Assembly: GCA_023253175.1 (NCBI GenBank)
Contig: JALRHH010000001.1
Span: 172,020 to 236,019, forward strand
Direction: 5' to 3'
Source: Candidatus Saccharimonadia bacterium
GTDB lineage: Bacteria > Patescibacteriota > Saccharimonadia > Saccharimonadales > JALRHH01
DNA: 64,000 nt
In this document: in pieces, positions 12,119 through 21,016 of the stretch
Numbering within the stretch: the stretch's first letter is position 1
Layout of the letters: every line of letters starts with the position of its first letter
Notes under the pieces: generated by a model
Databases searched by the model: none
The model's input: the letters and a program-made list of their open reading frames with translations, nothing else
Told to the model about the DNA's origin: nothing
Made by a program: the position numbers and the translations under genes

Positions 12119-13162
12119 ATGAAATCTCTACAAGAATCACTTGAGATTGCACAAAATGACGCAGGCTATCTGCTGGTCGCTGATTTACTTGATTCAGAAC
12201 GTAACATACCAATGCGCGCAACAAGCCATACCGACCTATGGCCGGGTGATCGATGGGCAGAGGCCTACCTCGCAATTGATGAGCCACAAATCGCAGAAAG
12301 TGTCATGAGGACGGCCGTACGTAGTATCCGTCCAGATGGTTCTGTACCTCATCTTATGCAAGGAAGTCATATTCGCGGTGGTATTGAGACACGGTGGATC
12401 GATCGACAGATATATCGCCTTCAGGGCAACGGTGCGCTAAAACTTCCTAACGGCGAATGGGTTACAAAAGGTTACGGCATGCCGACACTTGCTCTTGGTG
12501 CGTTAGCTCTTGCGGAACGCGGACTAAGCTACCCGAGCCCAGAAATACTGCATAATTCGATTACGGCACTATACGAGGCGCGTGCCAATGACCAAGGTCT
12601 GATCGTGGCCCGTAAGGTAGATGAGCTTACGAATAGTTCCGGAAAGCTATCTAACAAGTTGCACGAAGAGGGTAAGGTGATTGATCCTGCAGTAAATGCA
12701 CTTGCTGCACTGAATTTTGATGCCCTAAAAACACTTGATCCCACGGCCCCAAATATTAGTACGGCAGACAGTACACGCCGAAGCCTCTTGGATAGTCTGG
12801 ATACTATACGAAACTACCGCCCATTAGAAGGCGAAGAAGTGCTTGCAATTGCACGGCTTGGATACGAGCTTACCGAGGAAGAGCTAGAGGGCGTATGCGC
12901 TTCGCCTGAAGGCATTGAGCACCCAGAGCGTACTCATTTAACCATGGCGGAGTGCCTTGAGATTGCTCGTCTTACTCCTGAATCAGAAGCTTCAAAGTCA
13001 TACCTACAGAGGATCTTGCCAAAGATAGCGGCACTTGGTGCGGCGGGTATAACACGATTTGAAGGTGCGCAGCCTGGGTCTAATGCTGCGGCGAATAAAT
13101 ACGGTCGCAAGCAAATTTGGCTCCCGACTGCAGCTGAGCTTGTTCAGATCAAAAGCATCTAG
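12119..13162 (+). CDS. Hypothetical protein (348 aa from ATG 12119); weak resemblance to (alpha/alpha)6-barrel glycosidase-like proteins
   Basis: Long ORF. Perfect extended -10 TGgTATAAT (12104-12) lies 6 nt before ATG 12119. Functional call is low confidence (the DLWPGDRW...PDGS.PH segment is only suggestive). Confidence 0.5.
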   Translation: MKSLQESLEIAQNDAGYLLVADLLDSERNIPMRATSHTDLWPGDRWAEAYLAIDEPQIAESVMRTAVRSIRPDGSVPHLMQGSHIRGGIETRWIDRQIYRLQGNGALKLPNGEWVTKGYGMPTLALGALALAERGLSYPSPEILHNSITALYEARANDQGLIVARKVDELTNSSGKLSNKLHEEGKVIDPAVNALAALNFDALKTLDPTAPNISTADSTRRSLLDSLDTIRNYRPLEGEEVLAIARLGYELTEEELEGVCASPEGIEHPERTHLTMAECLEIARLTPESEASKSYLQRILPKIAALGAAGITRFEGAQPGSNAAANKYGRKQIWLPTAAELVQIKSI

Positions 13163-13191
13163 TTGCAAACAGATACGACATCTGTTAAAAT
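13163..13191 (+). promoter_or_regulatory. Candidate promoter of rpsL-rpsG
   Basis: TTGCAA (13163-68), 17 nt spacer, TAAAAT (13186-91). The 83-nt leader ends in GAAGGAG before ATG 13275. Confidence 0.5.
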
Positions 13192-13274
13192 ACCCTAGTT
13201 ATTAAAGCACCTCGAGCCGGGAACTTAGGCATGAGACCTGTAGCAGATAGGGTGCGACCGTAGAAGGAGATTAA

Positions 13275-13688
13275 ATGCCAACAATTAATCAATTGGTGCG
13301 TAAGCCACGTACCAGTAAGACCAAGAAGTCAGGTGCTCCGCACCTTCAGCGCGTGGTCAACAACCTAAAGACCAAGAACTACGAAAAGGCTGCGCCATTC
13401 AAGCGCGGTGTTTGTATCAAGGTCACAACTAAGACACCAAAGAAGCCTAACTCAGCGCTTCGTAAGGTTGCTCGTGTTCGTCTAACCAATGGTTACGAAG
13501 TATGGGCGTACATTGGTGGTGAAGGTCACAACCTCCAGGAGCACGCCGTTGTTATGGTGCGTGGTGGACGTGTAAAGGACCTTCCAGGTGTTCGTTATCA
13601 CATTGTTCGTGGTACGCTCGACCTCCAGGGTGTAAACAACCGTAAGCAAGGCCGTTCTAAGTACGGTGCAAAGAAGGAGTCTAAGTAA
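13275..13688 (+). CDS. rpsL: 30S ribosomal protein S12
   Basis: [12 protein letters not shown]...[10 protein letters not shown]...[13 protein letters not shown]. Confidence 0.97.
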   Translation: MPTINQLVRKPRTSKTKKSGAPHLQRVVNNLKTKNYEKAAPFKRGVCIKVTTKTPKKPNSALRKVARVRLTNGYEVWAYIGGEGHNLQEHAVVMVRGGRVKDLPGVRYHIVRGTLDLQGVNNRKQGRSKYGAKKESK

Positions 13689-14167
13689 TGCCACGTAAGA
13701 AAACCGCATCACTACTCCGTGATATTCAGCCAGACCGCCAGTACAACTCTGTAATGGTACAAAAGATGATCAACCGCGTCATGCTTAACGGTAAGAAGCA
13801 GGTTGCAGAGCGCCTCGTATACGGTGGTATGCAGAAGGCTGCTGACAAGCTTAAGGTTCAGAATCCACTTGAGGTTTTTGACCAGGCTATTAAGAATGCA
13901 CAGCCACACATGGAGACTCGTTCTCGTCGTGTTGGTGGTGCTAACTACCAGATCCCATTTGAAGTTAAGGGCCAGCGCCAGACGCACCTTACGCTTATGT
14001 GGTTCGTTGCAGCTGCACGTTCACGCAAGGGTATGAGCATGGAAGACCGTCTCGCACTCGAACTTGTAGATGCATACAACAACACTGGTACCGCAGTAAA
14101 GAAAAAGGAAGACACACACAAGATGGCAGAGGCCAACCGAGCCTTTGCGCACTTTGCGCGATTCTAG
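13688..14167 (+). CDS. rpsG: 30S ribosomal protein S7
   Basis: TAATG overlap with rpsL. S7 blocks (KMINRVMLNGKK, VGGANYQIP, EL.DA....G.AVKKKED.HKMAEANRAFAHF). Confidence 0.97.
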   Translation: MPRKKTASLLRDIQPDRQYNSVMVQKMINRVMLNGKKQVAERLVYGGMQKAADKLKVQNPLEVFDQAIKNAQPHMETRSRRVGGANYQIPFEVKGQRQTHLTLMWFVAAARSRKGMSMEDRLALELVDAYNNTGTAVKKKEDTHKMAEANRAFAHFARF

Positions 14168-14172
14168 CAATA

Positions 14173-14203
14173 AAGCGCCTGGGCAACCGGGCGCTTTTGC
14201 TTT
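14173..14203 (+). terminator. Intrinsic terminator after rpsG
   Basis: AGCGCCTGG (14174-82) / CCGGGCGCT (14187-95) stem with one G-U pair and a GCAA loop, followed by TTTTGCTTT. Confidence 0.7.
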
Positions 14204-14212
14204 AAGAGACTT

Positions 14213-14527
14213 ATGATGAGAAATATACTTACGAAATTGAGCGATATGCCACCCTTGGAGTCAGATCAAGAGGCCTTTCTTGTCTATGCAGCGCATCAAT
14301 TTGAAGGTGGCAGAATCAATAGCGCACCTCAATTGAAGGTCGCCAACAATCCAGACGCACACGACACAATTAAAGAATGGTTGTTTGATGATGATAAGGT
14401 CGTAGACTATAACATTCGTCCGGTGAGTAAGGGGTACTACAACGCGGTCCGTATTGAGCGCGCAAAGAGGGAGCTGATTGGCACATTTTTATCTCACACG
14501 ATGCTGCTCCGAGGTCGGGATAACTAG
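14213..14527 (+). CDS. Hypothetical protein (104 aa) between rpsG and fusA
   Basis: ORF only. No recognisable domain. Confidence 0.4.
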   Translation: MMRNILTKLSDMPPLESDQEAFLVYAAHQFEGGRINSAPQLKVANNPDAHDTIKEWLFDDDKVVDYNIRPVSKGYYNAVRIERAKRELIGTFLSHTMLLRGRDN

Positions 14528-14538
14528 GATCAAAGACG

Positions 14539-14865
14539 ATGCTTGGCGTTAATCCGGAAGAACCAAGTAGCTCGGCCCAGATTGGTGGCGTGCAGGATAT
14601 GATGGCACATGAAGATATGACGCGTGCGTCACATGCTTTTAACTGTGTGGTTAGGGCTCGGGATATTAGTGATCGAATATCTCCATCAGACATGTATCAA
14701 AAGTGTGATGGTGTAAATCCAGTGGCAGATCTTGGCAAGGTTATGGGCAACATGATGTTACTGGGCGTCAACCAAGTTCGCATGTATCGTGCAGAACGGT
14801 TACTTATGAGGGCTGAATCCCTGCTTGGTATAAGCTTTGCTGATATGCTCCAAAAAGATGAGTAA
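14539..14865 (+). CDS. Hypothetical protein (108 aa) between rpsG and fusA
   Basis: ORF only. Sits 11 nt after the preceding ORF. No recognisable domain. Confidence 0.4.
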   Translation: MLGVNPEEPSSSAQIGGVQDMMAHEDMTRASHAFNCVVRARDISDRISPSDMYQKCDGVNPVADLGKVMGNMMLLGVNQVRMYRAERLLMRAESLLGISFADMLQKDE

Positions 14866-14995
14866 ACTGCTGACAAACAGTGGTTTATCTGATATGATAA
14901 AGCGGAACGTTTAGTGCGTGGATTTTTTATTTGCGCGTAAAACTTACAAAGTATTAATTAAACTATAAGGAATTCAAGAGGTATAGGCACACATT

Positions 14996-17086
14996 ATGGC
15001 TGACAAGAAACCCGACATTAAAAACATTCGTAACCTTGGTATTATCGCGCACATTGACGCTGGTAAGACTACTACCACAGAAGGTATCCTGTACCGAACT
15101 GGTCTTTCACACAAGATTGGTGCTGTGCACGAAGGTGAAACCACTACTGACTGGATGGCCCAGGAACGTGAGCGTGGTATCACTATCGTTGCCGCATCTG
15201 TAACCTGCTTCTGGAAGGGTAACCAGATCAACATTATCGATACACCAGGACACATCGACTTTACTGTTGAGGTAGAGCGTTCACTTCGTGTGCTTGACGG
15301 TGCTTGTGTTGTGTTCGACGGTAAGATGGGTGTTGAATCACAGTCTGAAACTGTATGGCGCCAGGCTGACAAGTACGGTGTGCCTCGTATTTGTTTCATC
15401 AACAAGATTAACCAAACTGGTGGTGACTTCTACAAATCTCTTGAATCTATTCACCAGCGTCTTTCAAAGCGTGCGTTCCCTGTACACCTCCCAATCGGAT
15501 TTGAGCAGTCAATCAACGGTATCGTTGACCTCGTTGAAATGAAGTCATACACCTACACTGACTTCCACGACAAGGAGCTTGTAGTTGGTGAAGTTCCAGC
15601 TGATATGCTCGACCAGGCTAAGAAGTACCGAAGCCTCCTTATTGAAAACGCAGTTGCAGAAGACGAAGCAATGCTCGAAAAGTACTTCGAGGTTGGTGAA
15701 GAAGGTCTTTCAGTTGACGAAATCAAGCAGGCAATTCGTACTGCAGTGCTTTCAGGCCGCTTCTTTGCAGTTACCGGTGGTGATGGCCGTGGTGTGATTG
15801 TAGAAAAAGTTCTCGATATGGTGAATGACTACCTACCAAGTCCACTCGACATCGGTTCTAACTGGGGTACTCACCCGAAGACTGGTGACGAAATCGAGCG
15901 CAAGCCAGATGACTCAGAGCCATTTGCGGCGCTTGCATTTAAGATTACCTCTGACCCATTTGTCGGTAAGCTTGCATACTTCCGCGTGTACTCAGGTAAG
16001 ATTACAGCTGGTTCATACGTACTGAACAGTTCTACGGGTGATAAAGAGCGCGTCGGTCGTATCGTGCGTCTCCACGCAGACAAGCGTGACGAAGTACAAG
16101 AAGTCGGTGCGGGTGATATTGCTGCTATCGTTGGTCTTAAGGGTACGACAACTGGTCACACCCTCTCTGATGTAACAAACCCAATCGTACTTGAATCAAT
16201 TGAATTCCCAGAACCACCTGTATCGATTGCTATCGAGCCTAAGACCAAGTCTGACCAGGAAAAGATGTCTATCGCACTGCAGCGTCTTGCAGAAGAAGAC
16301 CCAACTTTCCGTGTTCGCGTTGACGACGAAACAGGACAGACCGTTATCTCTGGTATGGGTGAGCTTCACCTTGAAATCCTCGTTGATCGTATGAAGCGTG
16401 AATTTAACGTTGAAGCTAACATCGGTCAGCCACAGGTTGCATACCGTGAAACAATCCGTAAGGATGGTGTTGAAGCTGAAGGTAAGTTCGTTCGCCAGTC
16501 TGGTGGACGTGGTCAGTATGGCCACGTATGGCTTCGCCTTTCACAGAACGAAAAGGGCGCTGGCTTCGAATTCATCAACTCTATCAAGGGTGGTGTCGTT
16601 CCAAGTGAATATATTCCAGCTGTCCGTAAGGGTATCGAAGAATCCCTTAACGGCGGTATTATCGCTGGTTATCCTGTAGTAGACATTAAAGTAGAGTTGT
16701 ACGACGGTAGCTTCCACGAAGTTGACTCTAACGAAATGGCATTCTCTATCGCAGGTAGCATGGGTATCCAGGCCGGTGTTAAAGCTGCTAATCCAACGCT
16801 TCTTGAGCCTGTCATGAAGGTCGTTGTCGTAACTCCTGAAGAATTCATGGGTGACGTTATCGGTGACCTGAACAGTAAGCGTGGCCGTATCGAGGCTATG
16901 GAAGACCTTCCAAACGGTATCAAGCAGATTACAAGCTTCGTACCACTTGGTGAAATGTTTGGTTACACGACTAACCTTCGTTCAACAACTCAAGGCCGTG
17001 CATCAAGCTCTATGGAGCTTGACCACTATGCTGATGTTCCTGGTCACGTTGCTGACGCGATTATCGCCAAGAACTCACAATCATAG
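14996..17086 (+). CDS. fusA: Elongation factor G
   Basis: 696 aa. NLGIIAHIDAGKTTTTE, DTPGHIDF and full-length EF-G architecture. Confidence 0.97.
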   Translation: MADKKPDIKNIRNLGIIAHIDAGKTTTTEGILYRTGLSHKIGAVHEGETTTDWMAQERERGITIVAASVTCFWKGNQINIIDTPGHIDFTVEVERSLRVLDGACVVFDGKMGVESQSETVWRQADKYGVPRICFINKINQTGGDFYKSLESIHQRLSKRAFPVHLPIGFEQSINGIVDLVEMKSYTYTDFHDKELVVGEVPADMLDQAKKYRSLLIENAVAEDEAMLEKYFEVGEEGLSVDEIKQAIRTAVLSGRFFAVTGGDGRGVIVEKVLDMVNDYLPSPLDIGSNWGTHPKTGDEIERKPDDSEPFAALAFKITSDPFVGKLAYFRVYSGKITAGSYVLNSSTGDKERVGRIVRLHADKRDEVQEVGAGDIAAIVGLKGTTTGHTLSDVTNPIVLESIEFPEPPVSIAIEPKTKSDQEKMSIALQRLAEEDPTFRVRVDDETGQTVISGMGELHLEILVDRMKREFNVEANIGQPQVAYRETIRKDGVEAEGKFVRQSGGRGQYGHVWLRLSQNEKGAGFEFINSIKGGVVPSEYIPAVRKGIEESLNGGIIAGYPVVDIKVELYDGSFHEVDSNEMAFSIAGSMGIQAGVKAANPTLLEPVMKVVVVTPEEFMGDVIGDLNSKRGRIEAMEDLPNGIKQITSFVPLGEMFGYTTNLRSTTQGRASSSMELDHYADVPGHVADAIIAKNSQS

Positions 17087-17106
17087 AAATATTTGATCTA
17101 TGCATA

Positions 17107-17135
17107 AAATAGCGCCAATCCTGGCGCTATTTTTC
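17107..17135 (+). terminator. Intrinsic terminator after fusA
   Basis: Perfect 9-bp stem ATAGCGCCA (17109-17) / TGGCGCTAT (17122-30), ATCC loop, T-run. Confidence 0.75.
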
Positions 17136-17176
17136 TTATGTTTGCAAAACAGTTTTTTTAGCTGTATAAGTGCATT

Positions 17177-17467
17177 ATGGACAAGCCATTACCAAATGAT
17201 GCTCAAAATGATTCTCGGGAGCGAGAGCGAGATCTAGAGATAGAAACAGGTATTCAGATAGCCTTCATGTTGGGACAATGGTTGGAGCATCCCGGTAATC
17301 TCGTAGATTTACAGATAGCAGACAAACAGCGAGAACTTCAAGCCGCAGTGGCAGAGGGCATAGATGGCGATGTCATAGGACGATTGGAGGCCGAGTTAAA
17401 GCAACTCAGGCTCATAAGGATCGAAGCTATAGGTGTACACGATAATGCACATCCTGAGGATGTATAG
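17177..17467 (+). CDS. Hypothetical acidic protein (96 aa) between fusA and tuf
   Basis: ORF with TGTATAAG (17163-70) 6 nt before the ATG and no SD. No recognisable domain. Confidence 0.4.
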   Translation: MDKPLPNDAQNDSRERERDLEIETGIQIAFMLGQWLEHPGNLVDLQIADKQRELQAAVAEGIDGDVIGRLEAELKQLRLIRIEAIGVHDNAHPEDV

Positions 17468-17520
17468 AATACGCATGTTTTTATAGCTTGGCCTTATCTG
17501 ATACTTTGTGAAGATATCAC

Positions 17521-17549
17521 TTTACAAACTGGGGTGGATTTTCTATACT
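17521..17549 (+). promoter_or_regulatory. Candidate promoter of tuf
   Basis: TTTACA (17521-26), 17 nt spacer, TATACT (17544-49). Implies a leader of about 155 nt ending in AGGAG. Confidence 0.5.
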
Positions 17550-17712
17550 ATCCAGGTATCTCGCATGGGAGTCTATTCTCGCATGTCGAACTTATCCATC
17601 AACCATAATCTAGAAGATCTTTATGATCGTGTCGATTAACAGGGAATGGTGAGTAAGCACGAACTGCGAGAATACATACATGTAAATCAATTAATAATAG
17701 GAGTCCATACAT

Positions 17713-18897
17713 ATGGCAGATTCATTTGACCGAACCAAGCCACACGTAAACGTTGGTACTATGGGTCACGTTGACCACGGTAAGACTACTCTTACTGCAG
17801 CTATCACGCACGTGCTTGCAAAGCGCCTTCCAAGCGCAGTAAACCAACCTCGTAACTACGACGAAATCGACAACGCTCCAGAAGAAAAGGCTCGTGGTAT
17901 TACCATTGCTACTTCTCACCAGGAATACGAGTCAGAGGCTCGTCACTACGCACACGTCGACATGCCAGGTCACGCTGACTACGTTAAGAACATGATCACC
18001 GGTGCTGCACAGATCGATGGAGCTATCCTCGTTGTGGGTGCTAACGATGGTCCACTTCCACAGACTCGTGAGCACGTACTACTTGCTAAGCAGGTTGGTG
18101 TGCCTAAGATTCTCGTATTCATGAACAAGATGGACCTCGCAGATCCAGAGCTCGTAGAACTCGTTGAAATGGACATCCGCGAACTTCTTGCTAAGAACGG
18201 CTTCGACGAAGACGCTCCTATCATCAAGGGTTCAGCTACTAAGGCTCTCGAAGGCGACGCAGCCAGCGAAGACGCTATCATGGAACTCGTTGCAGCTCTT
18301 GACTCATACGTTCCAGAGCCAGCTCGTGACCTCGACAAGCCATTCCTAATGCCTATTGAGGACGTGTTCTCAATCAAGGGTCGTGGTACGGTTGCTACTG
18401 GTCGTATCGAGCAGGGTATCGTTAAGGTTAACGACGAAGTTGAAATCGTTGGTATCCGTGACACCAAGAAAACTGTTGTTACTGGTGTTGAAATGTTCAA
18501 GAAGTCACTTGACCAGGGTCAAGCTGGTGACAACGCTGGTCTACTCCTCCGTGGTGTAGAGCGCGATGACATCGAGCGTGGTCAGGTTCTCTGTAAGCCT
18601 GGTTCAATCACTCCTCACACCGAATTCGATGCTGAGGTGTATATCCTTACTAAGGAAGAAGGTGGTCGTCACACTCCTTTCTTCAAGGGTTACAAGCCAC
18701 AGTTCTACTTCCGTACTACGGACGTAACTGGTGAGGTTGAACTTCCAGCTGACAAGGAAATGGTCATGCCTGGTGACACAATCACCTTTAAGGTTAAGCT
18801 TCTTGCACCTATCGCTATGGAGCAGGGTCTAAACTTCGCGATTCGTGAAGGTGGACGTACTGTTGGTGCTGGTGTTGTTACTAAGATTACTAAGTAA
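17713..18897 (+). CDS. tuf: Elongation factor Tu
   Basis: 394 aa. [25 protein letters not shown], full-length EF-Tu. Confidence 0.98.
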   Translation: MADSFDRTKPHVNVGTMGHVDHGKTTLTAAITHVLAKRLPSAVNQPRNYDEIDNAPEEKARGITIATSHQEYESEARHYAHVDMPGHADYVKNMITGAAQIDGAILVVGANDGPLPQTREHVLLAKQVGVPKILVFMNKMDLADPELVELVEMDIRELLAKNGFDEDAPIIKGSATKALEGDAASEDAIMELVAALDSYVPEPARDLDKPFLMPIEDVFSIKGRGTVATGRIEQGIVKVNDEVEIVGIRDTKKTVVTGVEMFKKSLDQGQAGDNAGLLLRGVERDDIERGQVLCKPGSITPHTEFDAEVYILTKEEGGRHTPFFKGYKPQFYFRTTDVTGEVELPADKEMVMPGDTITFKVKLLAPIAMEQGLNFAIREGGRTVGAGVVTKITK

Positions 18898-18916
18898 TAC
18901 ATCCCTCCAAGCAATG

Positions 18917-18945
18917 AAAGACCTCGGTTATCCGGGGTCTTTTTG
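18917..18945 (+). terminator. Intrinsic terminator after tuf
   Basis: AAAGACCTCGG / CCGGGGTCTTT stem (one G-U pair) with a TTAT loop and a T-run. Confidence 0.7.
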
Positions 18946-18978
18946 TATGATGCAAAGGTGAGATATAATATAAACAAT

Positions 18979-19374
18979 ATGGCGTCGAAAGAGGAATTTG
19001 TTGATTACTACGCGCTACTAGATGTGGAGTATGGATCCGAGGGTGGTGATCTGAAGCGTGCCTATCTATTAAAGGCCAAAGAAACTCATCCCGATGCCGG
19101 TGGCTCCACTGAGGCCATGCAAGAACTCAATTTGGCCTATCGTACACTTACGGACGAGGCCAAGCGTGCGGCCTATGACAAAGTATATGGCCTATACAAT
19201 CATACGGGCCTAGATGATCTTGAATTAAAAGAAGATGATTACGATATTCCTGTAGCATCAGGCGATTTAGACGACGATACAGGGCTGGAAGATTTCTTTG
19301 TAGATCAGTTATACGCTGAATACTACGATCCAAAAAAGAAACCGAAATGGAAGGGTAAGTTTAAGCGAAAATAG
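18979..19374 (+). CDS. J-domain (DnaJ-like) protein, 131 aa from ATG 18979
   Basis: DYYALLDV...LKRAYLLKAKETHPD...AYRTLTDEAKRAAYD is a J domain with the HPD motif. No Zn-finger or C-terminal DnaJ domains. TATAAT (18964-69) lies 9 nt before the ATG. Confidence 0.75.
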   Translation: MASKEEFVDYYALLDVEYGSEGGDLKRAYLLKAKETHPDAGGSTEAMQELNLAYRTLTDEAKRAAYDKVYGLYNHTGLDDLELKEDDYDIPVASGDLDDDTGLEDFFVDQLYAEYYDPKKKPKWKGKFKRK

Positions 19375-19534
19375 CCGTGGTTATGCCGCTTATGGTATAA
19401 GTGGGCTAACTGGGCAATATAAGTCGCAATATATCTTAATACGATGGTGCATTATATGGTATGGTGAATGTACTATTTGCGTGAGGGTAATGGCACCGAT
19501 AGTTAATAGATAATCATTACCAGGAGAAAACAAA

Positions 19535-19723
19535 ATGAGCACATTTGGAATCGATACCGGCGCTCTTGCATCCGCTGAAGATGCACAAGGAGATTTTGAA
19601 TATAAAACCCCCCGTCACTTGCAGGTTGTAGGTGGTATTGCATCAGTTGCGGTTGCAGCAGAATATGTACCTGATTATTTTAATGGTCTTTCCGGGGATG
19701 AACAGATTCCTTGCGGGGACTGA
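19535..19723 (+). CDS. Hypothetical small protein (62 aa)
   Basis: ORF with a good SD (CAGGAGAAAACAAAATG). No recognisable domain. Confidence 0.45.
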   Translation: MSTFGIDTGALASAEDAQGDFEYKTPRHLQVVGGIASVAVAAEYVPDYFNGLSGDEQIPCGD

Positions 19724-19746
19724 TACCCCCAATCAATGAACATTCC

Positions 19747-19776
19747 GTGCCAGTACATAACTGGCACTTTTCTTTT
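19747..19776 (+). terminator. Intrinsic terminator
   Basis: GTGCCAG (19747-53) / CTGGCAC (19761-67) followed by TTTTCTTTT. Confidence 0.6.
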
Positions 19777-19881
19777 ACGGCAAAATGTTATATTATCTCT
19801 TGGTAAAACTAATCGTGTTGGTTACTCGTTCGGCTCATCACTCATTGATTCCGAAAGAGATTGCAACACAAGGAGACATCC

Positions 19882-20214
19882 ATGGCTGACGCTAAACCAG
19901 CTGCTCCTTCACAGCAGCGTATCCGTATTCGCCTTAAGGCATACGACCACAAAGTAATTGACCAGTCTGCAAAGCAGATCGTTGACACCGCTATTCGTAC
20001 TGGTGCATCTGTTGCCGGTCCAATCCCACTACCAACCAAGAAAACTCTTTACACAGTTGTGAAGTCACCACACGTGTATAAGAAGGGCCGCGAACAGTTT
20101 GAGATGCGCGTTCACAAGCGTCTTATTGATGTGCTTAACCCTACTCCAAAGACCATCGATAGCCTTATGAACCTCAGCCTTCCAGCTGGCTGTGACGCTG
20201 AAATTAAGATGTAA
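19882..20214 (+). CDS. rpsJ: 30S ribosomal protein S10
   Basis: [23 protein letters not shown]...GA.V.GPIPLPT. Start set to ATG 19882 with AAGGAG upstream (the ORF-track start 19861 is a TTG). Confidence 0.95.
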   Translation: MADAKPAAPSQQRIRIRLKAYDHKVIDQSAKQIVDTAIRTGASVAGPIPLPTKKTLYTVVKSPHVYKKGREQFEMRVHKRLIDVLNPTPKTIDSLMNLSLPAGCDAEIKM

Positions 20215-20232
20215 TTTCTGTCCTAGGATATA

Positions 20233-20260
20233 AAAGCCCCGTTTTATTACGGGGCTTTTT
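20233..20260 (+). terminator. Intrinsic terminator directly after rpsJ
   Basis: AAAGCCCCG (20233-41) / CGGGGCTTT (20250-58) stem plus T-run. Confidence 0.75.
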
Positions 20261-20266
20261 GATTTA

Positions 20267-20295
20267 TTGACAACTTATATTCTGGGGCGTATTGT
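20267..20295 (+). promoter_or_regulatory. Candidate promoter of the accessory block
   Basis: TTGACA (20267-72), 17 nt spacer, TATTGT (20290-95). Confidence 0.4.
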
Positions 20296-20325
20296 CAGAA
20301 TTATTGGACTAATGAGGAAACAAAC

Positions 20326-20754
20326 ATGTATCCAAATGGTGAACAATTAGGTGTAGTTATTAACCAGGACGAAGCATTGCTCGTAGCACATATCTATCAG
20401 GTAGCAAAAAGCTGGTTGCCAGAACTAAAGCAAGGTACGTCAGAAGTATCCCTGCCGGAGCCAAATGAGAGAGGGGAGTTTCATTTGAGTCTCGATCAGA
20501 CCGATAAATTCGCGTCATATGGATCGATTGCCCTCGATCAGTTACAACGACAAATAAGACTTGATAGTTCTGAGTATGAAAATTGTATTGGTATGCATAC
20601 TCCAGAAGGAAATGCACTGGCAATGAATATCGATGCTAGGTTGGACGAGGAACTTCAAGACGCTGGACGTATTAAAAGCTTTACTTGTGGTCTTAGGACA
20701 GCAGGCGAGCAATCACGCGCACGTATTGCCAGATCAGCTAACTCTTTAGCCTAG
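20326..20754 (+). CDS. Hypothetical protein (142 aa)
   Basis: ORF with SD (TGAGGAAACAAACATG). No recognisable domain. Confidence 0.45.
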   Translation: MYPNGEQLGVVINQDEALLVAHIYQVAKSWLPELKQGTSEVSLPEPNERGEFHLSLDQTDKFASYGSIALDQLQRQIRLDSSEYENCIGMHTPEGNALAMNIDARLDEELQDAGRIKSFTCGLRTAGEQSRARIARSANSLA

Positions 20755-20822
20755 TTGTACTGCTGGACAATTATGCTTGCATGGTTTATAACCATAAGCA
20801 GTAATTACAACAAGGAATAAAC

Positions 20823-21014
20823 ATGGCTAAATCTAAGGTAACAAAACGTTCGTTTTCGGGCTACGAAACACAGCGTATTATTCTAGGTGTGCTTTTGCTC
20901 GCCCTAATCGTTGCATCAATTGTATTCGGATACCAAATCCGTCGTGAAAATGGGGATCTTACATCAGAAGTTATATACGAAGAGTCGACTCAATCCCAGG
21001 AAGGGGCACAGTAG
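20823..21014 (+). CDS. Small single-pass membrane protein (63 aa)
   Basis: SD AAGGAA. One TM segment (IILGVLLLALIVASIVFGY). Stop lies 2 nt before the next ATG. Confidence 0.5.
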   Translation: MAKSKVTKRSFSGYETQRIILGVLLLALIVASIVFGYQIRRENGDLTSEVIYEESTQSQEGAQ

Positions 21015-21016
21015 CC

